NCBI RefSeq assembly: GCF_006345805.1 | Contig: NW_021833086.1 | Coordinates: 21,236 to 85,235 of the forward strand | DNA length: 64,000 nucleotides | Source: Octopus sinensis | Taxonomy: Eukaryota | Reading direction: 5' to 3' | Part shown: positions 1 to 13,681 of the stretch, in pieces | How the letters are laid out: each line of letters starts with the position of its first letter | How positions within the stretch are numbered: position 1 is the first letter of the stretch | The notes under the pieces: generated by a model | The model's database searches: none | Told to the model about the DNA's origin: nothing | The model's input: the letters and a program-made list of their open reading frames with translations, nothing else | Made by a program: the position numbers and the translations under genes

Positions 1-254
1 TGGCAAAGTGGGTGGTTTTTGTTGGATACTCTGCAGGACATAAAACAAAACACTCAACTGAAAAATTCTATGATGGAATGAAAGCGTGTATCAGCACGGG
101 ATGTATACTCTCTTCACACCCACTGTAAAACATGTCCATCATTCCATCATCAGTGTAAAAGGGTGGAGGATGTTTCTAACAGGACTGAAAAATATATATA
201 CACGTTGCTTTTAGAGAACAGTCAAGCGGCAGCTACAAATCAACTCATACCTTG

Positions 255-393
255 TGTGCGAAACTAATTTTTACAGCTGAGTGAACTGGAGCGACATGAA
301 ATAAGGTGTCTTCATAAAAGAATACAACACGCAGCCCGGTTCGGGAATCGAACTCACTACCTCATGATTATGAACCTGATGCTTTAACCACTA
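255..393 (-). mobile_element. tRNA-derived SINE, family C ('gctccagttcactcagctgt' core), partial
   Basis: Minus strand reads tagtggttaaagcatc (A box-like) ... gagttcgattccc (B box), then tgtgttgtattc...gctccagttcactcagctgtaaaa. The same family recurs at 22340-22590. Confidence 0.75.
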
Positions 394-930
394 AATTGAA
401 TAAAATTTGGGTAAGATCCTTGTAGTATGCTATACAAAGCTCGTCCACAGGTATTGGCTACTGAATGTCTAAATACATTGAGAATACTCCTCTTTCTGAT
501 GAAAATTTCTACTGTAAAAATTTCCAATTGCCACTATGTCTTTGCAATTGTATGTATCTCTGTAGTTCCAGCTTGTAGAAATACTTGCTGGCAAGTATCA
601 TTATGTATATTAATATCGGATGCAAGATAGGAAAAAATATTTGTGCATCTACTTACATAGATTACACATAATTTTAGCTGCGATACTTGTGAATAGAGGA
701 ATGTAATTATATAAAACTATCTAGACCTGTGTACACGGATTCTATTCTTTCATATGCATGTTTATGCAGTTGTATGTATCACTGTGGTGCAAGGCTGAAC
801 AAGTAATTCTTGTCAAGTAACAGCATGTGTATAAATTTCAGATGACAGGGAAAATGTTTATATATCTACTACATTGATGACATATAGAATTAACTAACTG
901 TGAATATGTGTGAATGCATAAGTATAGTAA

Positions 931-1397
931 TACAAAGTGTCCCAGAATTAACTATCCATTTCAGTGAAATCCGACAAATTTTTTTAAAAAGATGACAGAA
1001 TTTTAAGTTTGTTACTTAATTAAGATACTAAAGCAAATAGATTTATAAATCTTATCAAAACTTTCTGTATCGCTGCAAATTCTAAGTTATCCTTAGCATT
1101 GCGAAACACATTTTGAAGCTCTTCAGGAGTTATCTCCTGCACTATTGCTCCATCCTGGGGGTGGAGAGAGAGGAAATGATTGCAGCCAAGTTGAAGAGAA
1201 GCTGTCATGGACCGATAAGCGGGATCCAACAGAAATGAAAATAAAATAATAAAAGAAAATTATAAAATTAAAAAATATAAACAAAATAAAAAAATTATAA
1301 ACTTTTTACATATTAAACGTGATAAACAGATGAAAGTGAGTTTTTAAAAAAATTGTCCGATCTCACTGAAATGGATAGTTAATTTTGGGACACTATA
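931..1397 (-). mobile_element. Non-autonomous Tc1/mariner-type element (MITE-sized) with ~54-bp TIRs
   Basis: agtgtcccagaattaactatccatttcagtgaaatccgacaa (936-) is an inverted match to ttgtccgatctcactgaaatggatagttaattttgggacact (-1394), with TA at both flanks. The internal minus-strand peptide QEITPEELQNVFRN resembles a Tc1/mariner transposase C-terminus. Confidence 0.75.
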
Positions 1398-1494
1398 AAA
1401 CTATTTGCACCTATGTAAGCAAATTCTAGTCATTCAACGGTGGAGTGAACTTCCGTCGCTCAGAGACTCAGAACTCAACATATTTCTATATTAA

Positions 1495-1632
1495 TATAAT
1501 TCCGCTGTGGTTAACTTTACCTTCCATCATTTCGGGGTCGATAAAATAAATAACAGTTGAAAACAGATGTCGATGTAATCGACTTATCTTATTCCCCTAA
1601 ATTGCTGGCTCTGTACCAAAATTTGAAACCGA
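1495..1632 (+). mobile_element. SINE family A, partial
   Basis: aattccgctgtggttaactttaccttccatcatttcggggtcgataaaataa...gtcgatgtaatcgactta matches the family A body (cf. 11524-11752). Confidence 0.7.
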
Positions 1633-1644
1633 TATTAATATCTA

Positions 1645-2440
1645 TCTATACTATAATGGCAAAAGCTGCTTATTAATTAGGTATGTAACAGTTACTAAAA
1701 TTACTAAAAGAAAGCAATCATTAAAAGGTTGACCGTCTGGAAATACTTTTAGAAATTCATGTTCTAAGAAATTTCCTATAGTTTCGATTTATCAAGTTTA
1801 TTGAATTTTTTAATTCCAATTTCTCGCAAATTTAAATATTCATTACACTCACTGCGTCCAATTCTTCATATTCATTACATTCACTGCGGAGTATTTCATT
1901 TTTACTTGCAATGACTCTCAGTTTCTCTTTCAGTGGTTTTCATTTCAAGTTTTAATTCGCTATTTGGAGAACTGACAGTTTATTCTATTGATGTATACGT
2001 AATGTAAAAACATTATTTATTGAATGGAATTTTTTTTAAATACCCGTATAATTTTTGTAAAACAAATTTTAAAATGATTTCCTGTTTGGAACACAATAAG
2101 CCTTACAATAATTTTCTGGACCGATTTTGGCCATTTTCTTTTTAACTTAAAAACCATGGGAGGAGTCTTTTCGGTAAAACAAAAGCAAAACAAATTGTAA
2201 ATATTTTCTGAGGAAAAGGTGAACAATTCAAGGGAGGTTTCGCCGTTGTTTCTAGCATAACCCAAACCACCCCTCTCTTTTCACTCTCACGTGTATTGAT
2301 GTTTTATGGAATGATGATGTTTAAGGAATATTCATCCACTTATTCGTTAATTATTTGAGTAAAAATTCAGTTGATTGAACAACCGAAAACTCACAAGGAG
2401 ACCGACGGAGAAACTATCAACTTATATTTATATGTAGGTA
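1645..2440 (+). mobile_element. Possible non-autonomous Helitron-like element, degenerate
   Basis: Starts tctatctatactataatggc and ends ...aaactatcaacttatatttatatgtag, termini resembling invertebrate Helitron-N elements. Recognised from recall only. Confidence 0.3.
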
Positions 2441-3339
2441 GGCATGTATAAATGTAACCATTTACGTATGTATGTATTTATGGATGTATGTTACAATTTT
2501 TAAAAAATAGTTTAAATTTTTCCGATTAAAAGAAAACCCAAACAGTAACTGGTTCCTTACAATGAAACAAACTTCCATCACTGGAATTTATTTACGAACA
2601 ACAGTGAAGAGATCCAAGTTGACTGAAGAAAAGCCTTGCATATTTTCGACACACTGTACTGTACTTACATAGCATTATACCTATCACGTACCTTATTTAC
2701 CGGTGTAAAAGACGCTTTTACAAAACGCGCCTTTATTTTAGAAGTATATTTTAAGGAAGAGATAATTTTAAAGTAGTTTTGTAGGCTGACGATGTACAAT
2801 TCTGTGCATGTAAATATAATGTTGTGATAGCATACTGTACCAAAATAGGAAACCATAAATTTATTATACATAAGCTTGTACCATTTAAAAATTTTCTTTT
2901 CTTTCAGATTGACTGTATAGTTATTTACATTTTGGCCAAGAGAATTGTGATACAGGATATAAACTCATTTTTCTAGCTTTGATATTTTGTGTAACAATGA
3001 TCAGTTGCCAGAGTGACGCACCTCTCTAGAAATAGCTGACAAATGAAAGTTCAATATTCCTATCATCCTTCTAGAATTTCCATTTAGATAATTAAAAAGT
3101 GTTTAACAACATAAGGCACACACAAGATGGGGGTTATGTATGCTGTTGAAAGAGATATAATGAGATGGTTTAACCTCTCCACATACTTGACTTGTTTTCA
3201 ATATATTATTATGAGTAACAATCATTTTGTACCTTGTGGAGTAGGGCTCATCTAGCTCCCTAGCCTGCAACACTCGGCCCCCTGTTCGCAATACGGCCGC
3301 ATTAAACTCAGAACAATGTTTTGATAAATTCAAAAAAAA

Positions 3340-3725
3340 TTAAAAGTGCGTCTAAAACGCCCGCAAATATGATACGTACTACCAGTTGGTCATTTTCTTT
3401 GCCTGAAAAGCATAACTTCACGAGATTACCTTCTAGATATTTTCTAATTAGGGAAGTACCACGATAATTATATATATGTAAAAGTGAATCTATAATCTGG
3501 GAGGGACGCTATAATTTCCAAAGCAGTTGTCTTTAAATGTTATCTTTCTCACCGATTTAAGGGTGGGTGGGTGGGAAAGAAATCTCTCACATCACTAAAG
3601 GGCAGCTGATTTCTATAACTGTACATAACTTTTCTGCTCTGTTCCAAACGGCTATATCAAGCCTGTTATGTTTTGCATTTTGCAGGAGTTTTGTTGAGAA
3701 TGTTCCACTAATATTACTCCTGTTG
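3340..3725 (-). mobile_element. Degraded R4/Dong-type LINE 3' fragment (RLE domain)
   Basis: Minus strand encodes KHNRLDIAVWNRAEKLCTVIEISCP, matching the RLE motif of the better-preserved copies. Confidence 0.6.
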
Positions 3726-4974
3726 ATATATATGCACTCAAACTCAGAAATATGTTTGTAATTTATGTATGCGCGTTATCTTTATCTTTTTTTTTTAATT
3801 AAATATTTGAATGTGTATGTATGCTTATATGTACGCATGTGTGTGTATTTATGTATGTTTGTATGCATATATGCGCATGTGTAGTATATAAGTTTTTATT
3901 TTAGAGTAAATATATTCATACACTATATTACATATTCACACATACACAAATATGCACACATGCACATACACACACACATAGGCGTTGCATTTTTTTATGG
4001 TAAACACTTCTACATTTCATCACATATCGCTGTAGGCTTCCCCTTTTCTCTATCTTGTTTATGTCCTATTTTGACGTACAGGAGGCAAATAAGGATATTC
4101 CTCCTCCTCCTCAACCTCAACTTTTCACATTTTTATTCGCCCACTCCCACCGCCTTCGATTTATATATCTTTTCTTATCACTACTTTTTCCTTACTTATT
4201 TATTGCTTTATCTTCATTTCTTTGTTCGTTTCACCCTCATAATGTATGTGTGTGTATAAATACACACAAACACATACACACACACACACAATTATTATTG
4301 GTAGTAGTAGTATTAACATATAATTTTGGAATCCGCGGAATTTATTTCTGATAAAATTCCTAACGTCAACTTTATAGAATTTTTGGAATCTTCGAATCGG
4401 ATGCGTGAATTTCAATAAGGAATCCTTTAAATTCTGTTAAAAAGTTTGAGAAAATATCTAATCTTTACATCTGAGATACCAGTTTGTTGTTATGATGTTC
4501 GTGTTTTTGTTTTTTTTGTTGCTGTTGTTGTTTGTTTTTTTAAAGTGTAATTTCTTTTACAACAAAGCTCAACTCCTAAAAATATATTTGATTCATTGAA
4601 TACAAATTCTTGTTGGCTTCAGTATTATTACTAAAACTGTTGTTGTTTAGTTCCAGGTTCCTTCTGGTCCAGAAAACGTTCTCGCTGCGACCATCCTGTC
4701 TTTTATTTAGACACAGTGTATCTAAATTTTGTTTTGTATAATGTGTCATTTCCCCACCGTTGTTTATACTTAGGTCAGTCCTGACTGCACAACACTTGAG
4801 ACCAAAGAGTTTTAGCTGCATCATTTCCCCTAATTTTTCTTGGTTTCATTTATCCCATTTGAGACATAGAGTGTGGTTTGAGGAATATTTGGATACTATT
4901 TCTAGCGGGTCGAAGAAATATGTAGGGACCATTTGCATTTGTTGATGTCAGCGTTATAATAATTATGTCTATGT

Positions 4975-5290
4975 ACCCCCACCACTACCCCACCACCACC
5001 ACCACCACCACCACCAACAACAACAACAACTACTACTACCACAACGACACCACCACCACCACCACCACTACAGCAACAAGAATAACAACGACTGCAAAAC
5101 CTGGCAGTTGTCGAAGTTGACACTGTTAGCAGTCCAGTATGAATATTACAGATCACTAATGAGAGTAATTTAAACTCTGAACATATGTGCATACATGCAT
5201 ACATACATACATACATACATACATACATACATACATACGTACGTACATACATACATACATACATACATACACACATACATACATACACGC
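4975..5290. repeat. Compound (CCA)/(CAA) and (TACA)n microsatellites
   Basis: Directly visible simple repeats. Confidence 0.95.
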
Positions 5291-5517
5291 AATCGGTCTG
5301 TTGTTAATGAAATGTACGTAAGATGATGTAACAAAATATTTTATAAGCAAACTCTCCTGTTTCGTTTTGCTTATTCTACGTACACCGTGACATATCCAGC
5401 TGTAGAACCAAAACCAAGGAGTATAAGAGTTTTCCTTACGTTCCACAAGAATAAACATGAAACTCTGAATAATGATTATTTGTCATCCAGTTCAAATTTA
5501 GTTCGAACTATACTAAT

Positions 5518-5569
<52 letters not shown>

Positions 5570-6536
5570 ACACGTGTGTGTGCATATATATATATATATT
5601 TCGGTGAAATATTTAAGATAAAACCTAATCTATTCCATTAACTGCTTAGGGTGCGGTAATCATTATATTGGCCAAACAAGAATGTCACTCCGTCGAAGAA
5701 AACTCTTCACAAAGAACAAATCCGCTACCCACAATGCAGTTACAGGTCAGTGATCACATAGAAAGGTGTGCTAGGAACCTTAATCCTAACTTCCAAATTT
5801 TCCCTTTATATCAATGTTCACAGAACGCCTCAGTTCAGTAAAGAATGAATAAAGAAGGAATTTTCATCAATAAATATCACACACAACTCAACATTAACAC
5901 ATAACACAATATAGAGCATTACTAACCTTACCATTAATACCACTAACTCCCATACATTCCATACACCATTCATATTACATCAACCCTAATTGCACTACTC
6001 CCTGAACTACTTACCTCCCTTGCATATCTTTTTACTCAGGGACTAGTAGAGCCAACACCGTTTGGTAATCGGTGCACATTGAAAGCCAGCGAACAGCAAT
6101 TGACGAAACCGGTATGGCTTTGAATCCCTTTAACAATTCAAAATAATGACTTTTATTCCTCTTAATTCTACCTCAGTTAATCTAATTGTATATATTTATC
6201 GTTGCTTTTCATAAAAAAGCCTTTATTTTTTTTATATCCAATGTGCACTTTGGCTTTTACCTTCTTAATTTCCCCATATATCTACCATGTGTAGTTTATT
6301 TTCCTCTTTGAAACCTATTTCTATTATATATACGTACATATTCATATACATAAACATAAATATGTATATACATAGATGTATTAGAAATGTTTTTCTGTAT
6401 GAGTGTGTGAAGTAAGTAATGTGTGCTTTAATGAGATGATTTTGATTTTTAACTTTGCATTATATTGGCCACAGAAATGTCACTCCGTAGTACCACGAGT
6501 TACAGCCAAATATATTTGTGTACGCGTGTATGTATG

Positions 6537-6579
<43 letters not shown>

Positions 6580-6583
<4 letters not shown>

Positions 6584-7290
6584 CAGGGCTAGTAGTACTT
6601 TTGGTAGGCTTGATAGGCGTCTATGCAAACAACGTAATATATCTTCACAAATGAAAGTTAAGCTATATAACACATGCGTCCTTCCATCTTTGCTATATGA
6701 AAGTGAGGCATGGGTTGTTTACCGTAGACAGGTAAGGCAATTGGAATGATTTCATCAATACTGTCTGAGAAAAAGTTTGGGGATAAACTGGAAAATGGCC
6801 ATTTGTAATGTGGAGGTGCTTGAGCTGAGTAGCAGTAGAAGTATAGAGTCAATGATTTTGCAAAGACGTTTGAAGTGGGGGGACATTTGGTAAGGATGAG
6901 TGATGAGAGACTACCCAAGCAGCTATTGTATGGTAAGCTGGAAGACGGCAAGAGACCAGCGCATAGGCCTAAACCAAGGTTTAATGATTGCCTTAAAAAT
7001 GCTCTAATACAGACAGGAATTTCAGCTGGTAATTGGGAGAGGGGGTCACAAGACTGTGATGGATGGAGGAAGATAGTGCATGATGGTTGTTCAAGATTTG
7101 AAAGGGAGAGAGTGAAGTATGAGAGAATTAGGGGGGGGGGCTTAGAAAGGGGGAACCTGTGGAAAGTGAGAGAGAGTTGTTTTTTATGTGTGTGGTTTGT
7201 GGGCAGAGGTGTTTGAGACGTGCAGGCCTGGTGAGCCATCAAAATTCTCATAGAAATTGACCCGTGATACACAATGAAGTGGCTAGTGTT
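6580..7290 (+). mobile_element. RTE-clade LINE, 5'-truncated 3' fragment
   Basis: SRASSTFGRLDRRL..KVKLYNTCVLPSLLYESEAW..HLVRMSDERLPKQLLYGKLEDGKRPAHRPKPRFNDCLK is the typical RTE RT-thumb/C-terminal region. Contains stops and frameshifts. Confidence 0.9.
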
Positions 7291-7506
7291 TTTAATCGAA
7301 AGAGACTCATCGTTTAATTGTTTTTAATTGAAAGAGTTTCTTAAACCCAATATTCTATTATTTCTAGCTTCGGTGAAAGTTTCTTGATTTCGAAGTTTCT
7401 CGGTTCTTATAATGCAAACATCTTACAATTCTTGCTGCTAAGAACAAAGCTTCAAAATTGGATGGGAGCAATTCAAAGTGTTTCTGTATTATAATGGCTT
7501 GCATGC

Positions 7507-7645
7507 CCAGTTTATCCCCAAACTTTTTCTCAGACAGTATTGATGAAATCATTCCAATTGCCTTACCTGTCTACGGTAAACAACCCATGCCTCACTTTCA
7601 TATAGCAAAGATGGAAGGACGCATGTGCTATATACCTTTAACTTT
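7507..7645 (-). repeat. Inverted near-identical copy of 6654-6791 (RTE fragment)
   Basis: Reverse complement of 6654-6791 with about 3 differences by eye. Confidence 0.9.
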
Positions 7646-7825
7646 TCCATCCTGGAGGTTGCACGCTATTATTTATAGATTTATCTAATTCGAATTTCAC
7701 CATTTAAAAACGATTTTTTTCATGTTCTCTCGAAGTTTCTAAATTCTAATAATGTAAACAATGTGTGTGTGTGTGTGTGTGTGAGTGTGTGTGTATGTGT
7801 GAGTGTGTGTGTGTGTGTGTGTTGT

Positions 7826-7857
<32 letters not shown>

Positions 7858-7884
7858 GCACGCGCTGGACAAAATACTTACCGG

Positions 7885-8460
7885 CATTTCGTCTTTACGT
7901 TTTAACTTCAAATTCCGCCGAGGTCAACTTAGGCGTTCGTCATCTCCTTTCCGGAACGATCAAATGAATACTAGTTGAGTAATGAGGTCGTTACAATCGA
8001 CTAGCTCCTGCCCCCAAAATTCCAGGCCTTTTACCTAAAGCAGAAAGAATTATGGTTATTAATAAGTAAAGTTAGTAGGACGGCGAACTGGCAGAATCGT
8101 TAGCATGCCAGGCGAAATGCTTAGCGGTATTTCGCCTGCCGCTACGTTCTGAGTTCAAATTCCGCAGAGGTCGACGTTGCCTTTCATCCTTTCGAGGTCG
8201 ATTAAATAAGTACCAGTTACGCACTGAGGTCGATATAATCGACTTAATCCGTTTGTTTGTCCTAGTTTGTCCCCTCTGTGTTTAGCCCCTTGTGAGTAGT
8301 AAAGAAATAGGTATTCCGTCTGCCGCTACGTTCTGAGTTCAAATTCCACCGAAGTCGACTTTGCCTGTCATCCTTTCGGGGTCGATTAAATAAGTACCAG
8401 TTACGCACTGTCTGTCCTTGCTTGTCCCATCTGTGTTTAGCCCCTTGTGGGCAATAAATA
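7885..8460 (+). mobile_element. Cluster of three SINE family A copies (7885-8050 degenerate; 8078-8305 full; 8306-8460 headless tandem copy)
   Basis: ggcgaactggcagaatcgttagc (A box), gagttcaaattcc (B box), tttcatcctttcggggtcgattaaataagtaccag core. Confidence 0.9.
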
Positions 8461-8942
8461 ATTAGATAAGCAAAGTTATTGAGTGGCCTAAGGGCCAGGA
8501 ATTTCGTTCGTTGTCACTTGTCAAACCTATTCCTCGCTCTTTATTTAATTGGTCGCCTAACCTATAAAGATACTCCGAACGGTGTTTGAGAAAACTTGGC
8601 GAAACCTAGAAGCAAAACATGTTCAAAAGGCCAACATTTACACCATGCATAGAATCACATTTGTGTCTATTTTCGTCGATTATCTTAACACACGTAGTAC
8701 GTGTTTCGGTTTGCAACAGACTGTGGCAAATCTTCCGTCTTTCTCTTCGTAATCAAAATAAACAATGACGAATTGACAGTCAGGCCTTCTTATCCAACTC
8801 AAAAGCACACGCACACACACACACACACACACGCGCGCACACACACATACACACATGCACAACCACACTCACACGCAGACGTACATACATTCACATTCAT
8901 ACAAACATAGATACCTACATCACGCACATATACTTACATGCA

Positions 8943-8949
<7 letters not shown>

Positions 8950-8978
<29 letters not shown>

Positions 8979-9343
8979 TGTATGTATGTATGTATGTATG
9001 TATGTATGTATGTATGTATGTATGTATGTATGTATGTATGTGTGTGTATGTATGCACGTATGTGTGTATGTATGCATGTGTGTGTATGTATGTATGTATG
9101 TATGTATGTGTGTATGTATGTTTGTATGTATGTATGAGTGTATGTATGTATGTATGTATGTATGTATGCACATATGTATGTAAGTATGTATATATATATA
9201 TGTGTATATATATAATGTATGTGTGTGTATGTATGTATGAGTGTGTGTATGTATGCATGTATGTGTGTATGTATGTGTGTGTATGTATGTATGCGTTTAT
9301 GTATGTATGTGTATATGTATGTATGTGTGTATGTATGTATGTG

Positions 9344-9375
<32 letters not shown>

Positions 9376-9580
9376 TGTATGTATGTATGCGTGTATGTAT
9401 GTATGTATGTATGTATGTATGCGTGTATGTATGTATGTATGTATGTATGTATGTATGTATGTATGTATGTATGTATGTATGTATGTATGTATGTATGTAT
9501 GCGTGTATGTATGTATGTATGTATGTATGTATGTATGTATGTATGTATGCGTGTATGTATGTATGTATGTATGTATGTAC
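8950..9580. repeat. Long (TATG)n microsatellite with TG/CG variants
   Basis: Directly visible; source of the MYVC-repeat ORFs. Confidence 0.97.
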
Positions 9581-10068
9581 GTATTGTTTTTCTTATTTTG
9601 TTAGTATGTTTTATTTCTACCTCAGTCTGTGTCTGACTTTCTGTCTTAATGTCGATCTCTGTTTTTCTTCATTCCAAAACTCAGCGGAAAATATACCACT
9701 GGAACCGACTATCCAGTTGCTTCGACAATAAATCACAATGTGATAATTAGAACTAGACTAAAAGAGGTTGAAGATTTTACGCGCGCACACACGCAGGTAT
9801 AGATGTGTGTATGTATGTATGCATATACATATGTATATGTAGGTGTATATATACAAATATGTATATGCATATGGATATATATAAGAGAGACCAAAGTGTA
9901 CGTACGCCGCTATATTTTTATATATAAAAGAATACAAAATGTATGTTTTGTTGTCCTTTTTTGTATCACCTAACTGTCTGGATGTTTTGCGTTCCTGTCC
10001 CATTTTTGTATTTTATAATATATTATATATATATATATATATAATATATATATATATATACATATATA

Positions 10069-10112
<44 letters not shown>

Positions 10113-10566
10113 TATACATATATATGCATATATATATATATATTACAAATATATGCATATCTATATATCAATCTATATCGCTACACGTTGATGTACCTTG
10201 ATTTAATCTTGATTTAAGTTACAATATACGGATTCAACTAACTCAGTGGTACTCATAAAAAAAAAACCCAGAAAGTTCTTTAACGTATCGTTCTACAAAA
10301 CGTATAAAATATATAGTACTATACAAGAAACTTTGTCATTTAACACGGATTTTTCGCTCGCCAGATTAGATCTGTATTGATTTAAGAGACTGTGTATATT
10401 AATGCAAATATGTAAGTAATAAAATAAATTATTCTTTGCATATTTTAAGTTATCCAAAAATTTGTTGTGATATATGATTTTTTCCAATGGTTAAACAAAT
10501 TTCATCATCTCCCTATGTTTCAACAAGAAGAAAAGCATTCGATTAGCTAATACATTCACGCAACCA

Positions 10567-10598
<32 letters not shown>

Positions 10599-11523
10599 GT
10601 GGTAGGGATTGGTATTCTCATATTCTTGTTCTGGTTTTAATCATGTACACAATACAATATTTGGTTGTCTTATACATTTTTTATGTACTGGTTTATTTTT
10701 GTGTTGTACCATATCGTGTTTCATTAAAGAATACTATGTTCATATGAATTCCAACCGTGATCCAGAACTACATTACCCTATGTATCTATCCTTGATTAAG
10801 ACCGCTGGGTTAGATTTGAGCGAAATTTGATTGTTCCGTCTTGTAGAATGAGCTACTACATAGAAGTTTCACTGTTAGATCATTATATATTTCTGATAAA
10901 GGCAAGGAAGAGAGAGACTGATGCTGTTTCTTTGCTTCGCCATATTTTCTAGACTCGCGATTTTCTCGACAATTTTGTTCATATTAAATTTATACATCTA
11001 CGGTGTGAAATTCATTATGTCCTGCAGAATCACGAAAAACATTTATCATTCTCTAACCCATAAACTGGCCTAATTATCTACCCTTTCATTCCCAAAAGTA
11101 CTGATGTTACTTTTGTTTCTATGAAATATATGTGTGTCCAGTTTTGATATTGTGTCCAAATACGAATACCCGACACTACTCCAACGAAAACAAGTTTTAA
11201 AACCTTTCATTGGCTTCATTGCTGAAGTGAAGTAAGAAATCTAGTAGTTACACCTATCTCTATTTTACTGATAACCTTCCATATATAAATTCTTGCATTA
11301 CGACCGAAGAGAGATTGGATAAAAGGTAAAGTTTACCCTAGGGGGATTTTAACGCAGAGCATAAAGAATACATAATTAAATTACCGCAAGGCATTTCGCA
11401 CAGAGTTGGATCAATTTTGCTCCCTCCACCAAAAAAAAAACAAAACAAAAAACAAACAAACAAAACCGTGGATGAGAAACTGGAGATCATTTCAGTGAAA
11501 CAGATTTTGAGACAATATATATT

Positions 11524-11752
11524 TCTTTACTACCCACAAGGGGCTAAACAGGGAGGGGACAAACAAGGACAGACAAACGGATTAAGTCGATTACATCGAC
11601 CCCAGTGCATAACTGCTACTTAATTTATCGACCCCGAAAGGATGAAAGGCAAAGTCGACCTCGGCGGAATTTGAACGCAGAACGTAGCGGCAGACGAAAT
11701 ACGGCTACGCATTTCGCCCGGCGTGCTAGCGTTTCTGCCAGCTCGCCGCCTT
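11524..11752 (-). mobile_element. SINE family A, well preserved
   Basis: Minus strand: taaggcggcgagctggcagaaacgctagcacgccgggc ... gcgttcaaattccgccgaggtcgactttgcctttcatcctttcggggtcgataaattaagtagcag. Confidence 0.92.
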
Positions 11753-12523
11753 ATTTTGAGACAATATAATTAACCAGACCGATACAGTTTAAAGTTTATT
11801 TCTGGTTTAAAATGTTTACAGTGAATTATCCTTATTTTCTTATGATGGCTTACGACCTTATGCTTGTTTATATACTTAGATAAATAGAGATCTCCTTTGT
11901 TGCTGTTTTTGTTTGTTAAAGGGAGGATAACGCAAATATTTGGTTCGCGCTTAAGTGGCAGGTGATTCATAGCGGAAACGAGGCTGTGCACTTCACCAAT
12001 AGCCATCACTTAAGTTTGCCTTTCAACTTACAGTCGAAGGCAAATTTCTCTTGTATAGTAAAGTAAATTGTTCACTTTCCCTGGATTGTTAAATTCTCTT
12101 TGAGAAATATATGAACATTATAATCTCACATTTCCGTTTACTTTAAACAATATTGAGTTTTTTTTTTACACCCAGTCAAAAGATTGCGTTAAAAATGTAT
12201 GTATGTATGTATGTATGTATGTATTAATGGATGGATGCATGCATGCATGCATGAATGTCTCAATATATGGATGTAAGCATGTATGTATACACTCGCGCGT
12301 ACACAAACACGCACACATATATGTGGATGTATATATACACACACACATACTTTAATCTGTTCAATTGTTAAGTTCCATGAATGAAACTTTTGGCTTTTGA
12401 GTCATTCACATTACTTGATAACCGATTAAAAATGTATGTATATGTATTCTTAGATGTAGAGATTTGTTGTCCCTATTTCTCCCAAAAAGCTACACACAAA
12501 CACATACACACACACACACACAC

Positions 12524-12570
<47 letters not shown>

Positions 12571-12744
12571 ACACACACACACACAGTCTTTACCAGCGTA
12601 TAAAGTGCGTTCTTTAATTTCTAAATCTATCAAAATTGCCGTGTCTTATGCAACCGTATTACGGATGGGAGACCAGGCGCCATAGGCTAGAGTGCCTACG
12701 ATGAGCATAATCCGCTGGCCACAATAATTATTAGTAGTATTAAA

Positions 12745-12945
12745 ATATTGTTCTCAAATTGTGGCATAAAGTCAGAAAGTTTTAGGGGATTACATCTATT
12801 CCAGTGATCAACTGCGAATTGTTTTATCGACTCCGGGAGGACAAGAGTCGACCTCGGCGGGATTTCTACTCAGAACGTAAAGACGGACAAAATAGCACTA
12901 AGCATTTCTCGCGGAGTGCTAATAATTGTGCCAGGTCACCGCGCC

Positions 12946-12948
<3 letters not shown>
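12745..12948 (-). mobile_element. SINE family A, degenerate
   Basis: gagtcgacctcggcgggatttctactcagaacgtaaagacgg...cgcctta matches the reverse complement of family A. Confidence 0.75.
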
Positions 12949-13003
<55 letters not shown>

Positions 13004-13020
13004 GAATAATAATAATAATG

Positions 13021-13064
<44 letters not shown>

Positions 13065-13212
13065 GATAATAATAATAATAATAATAAAATAATAATAATA
13101 ATAATAAAATAATAATAACAACAACAACAACAATACTAATACTAACAATAATGATAGCCATACTACAAGACACAGGTGGAGTAAACAAGTAAACATGTAT
13201 GCATGTATGTAT

Positions 13213-13285
<73 letters not shown>
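12948..13285. repeat. (AAT)n and (AT)n microsatellites
   Basis: Directly visible. Confidence 0.95.
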
Positions 13286-13287
<2 letters not shown>

Positions 13288-13415
13288 CCCTGGTTTATAT
13301 ATCTTATTTTGAAAAGATATTTCTTCAATAAATATATTATAAAGCATCAACTATTATTAATAAGTTTGAAAGTAGAGAGATTCAATATACATAGATTAAT
13401 TTATTCATTATTTAA

Positions 13416-13681
13416 TATTGCCTACAATTGTTTCACTTCACACCCAATTTAAATTACAAAGCATATATAATAATATAAATTTGCATTTTGAGTAGTCTGG
13501 GTGGAATATTTTCAGGGCAAAATGGCCATTACAGGGTTTACATTTTGATCAAAATGTAAACTCTATAATGTCCCTTTTGCCCTGTAGATCTTCCACCCAG
13601 GGTACTCAAAATGCAAACTTATATGATTATATATGCTTTGTAATTTAAATTGGGTGTGAAGTGGAACAATTGTAGGCAATA
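13416..13681. mobile_element. 266-bp spacerless palindrome (foldback/MITE-like)
   Basis: tattgcctacaattg... and ...caattgtaggcaata are symmetric about gtttacattttga|tcaaaatgtaaac (centre 13548/13549), with scattered arm mismatches. Confidence 0.85.

Noticed and set aside
480-530. Other CTGATGA hits (about 494, 20149, 54028)
   Set aside because: No downstream stem II plus GAAAC and no stem I pairing.
2665-2871. Minus-strand ORF ending at a GTAAGT donor-like site; similarly 24385-24621
   Set aside because: No recognisable protein similarity or clear acceptor; cannot be supported without RNA data.
8855-9731. Long ORFs of MYVC/HTYI/YI/NNN repeats here and throughout (e.g. 44825-45361, 48987-49665)
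   Set aside because: They are translations of (TATG)n, (CA)n, (AT)n and (AAT)n microsatellites, not genes.
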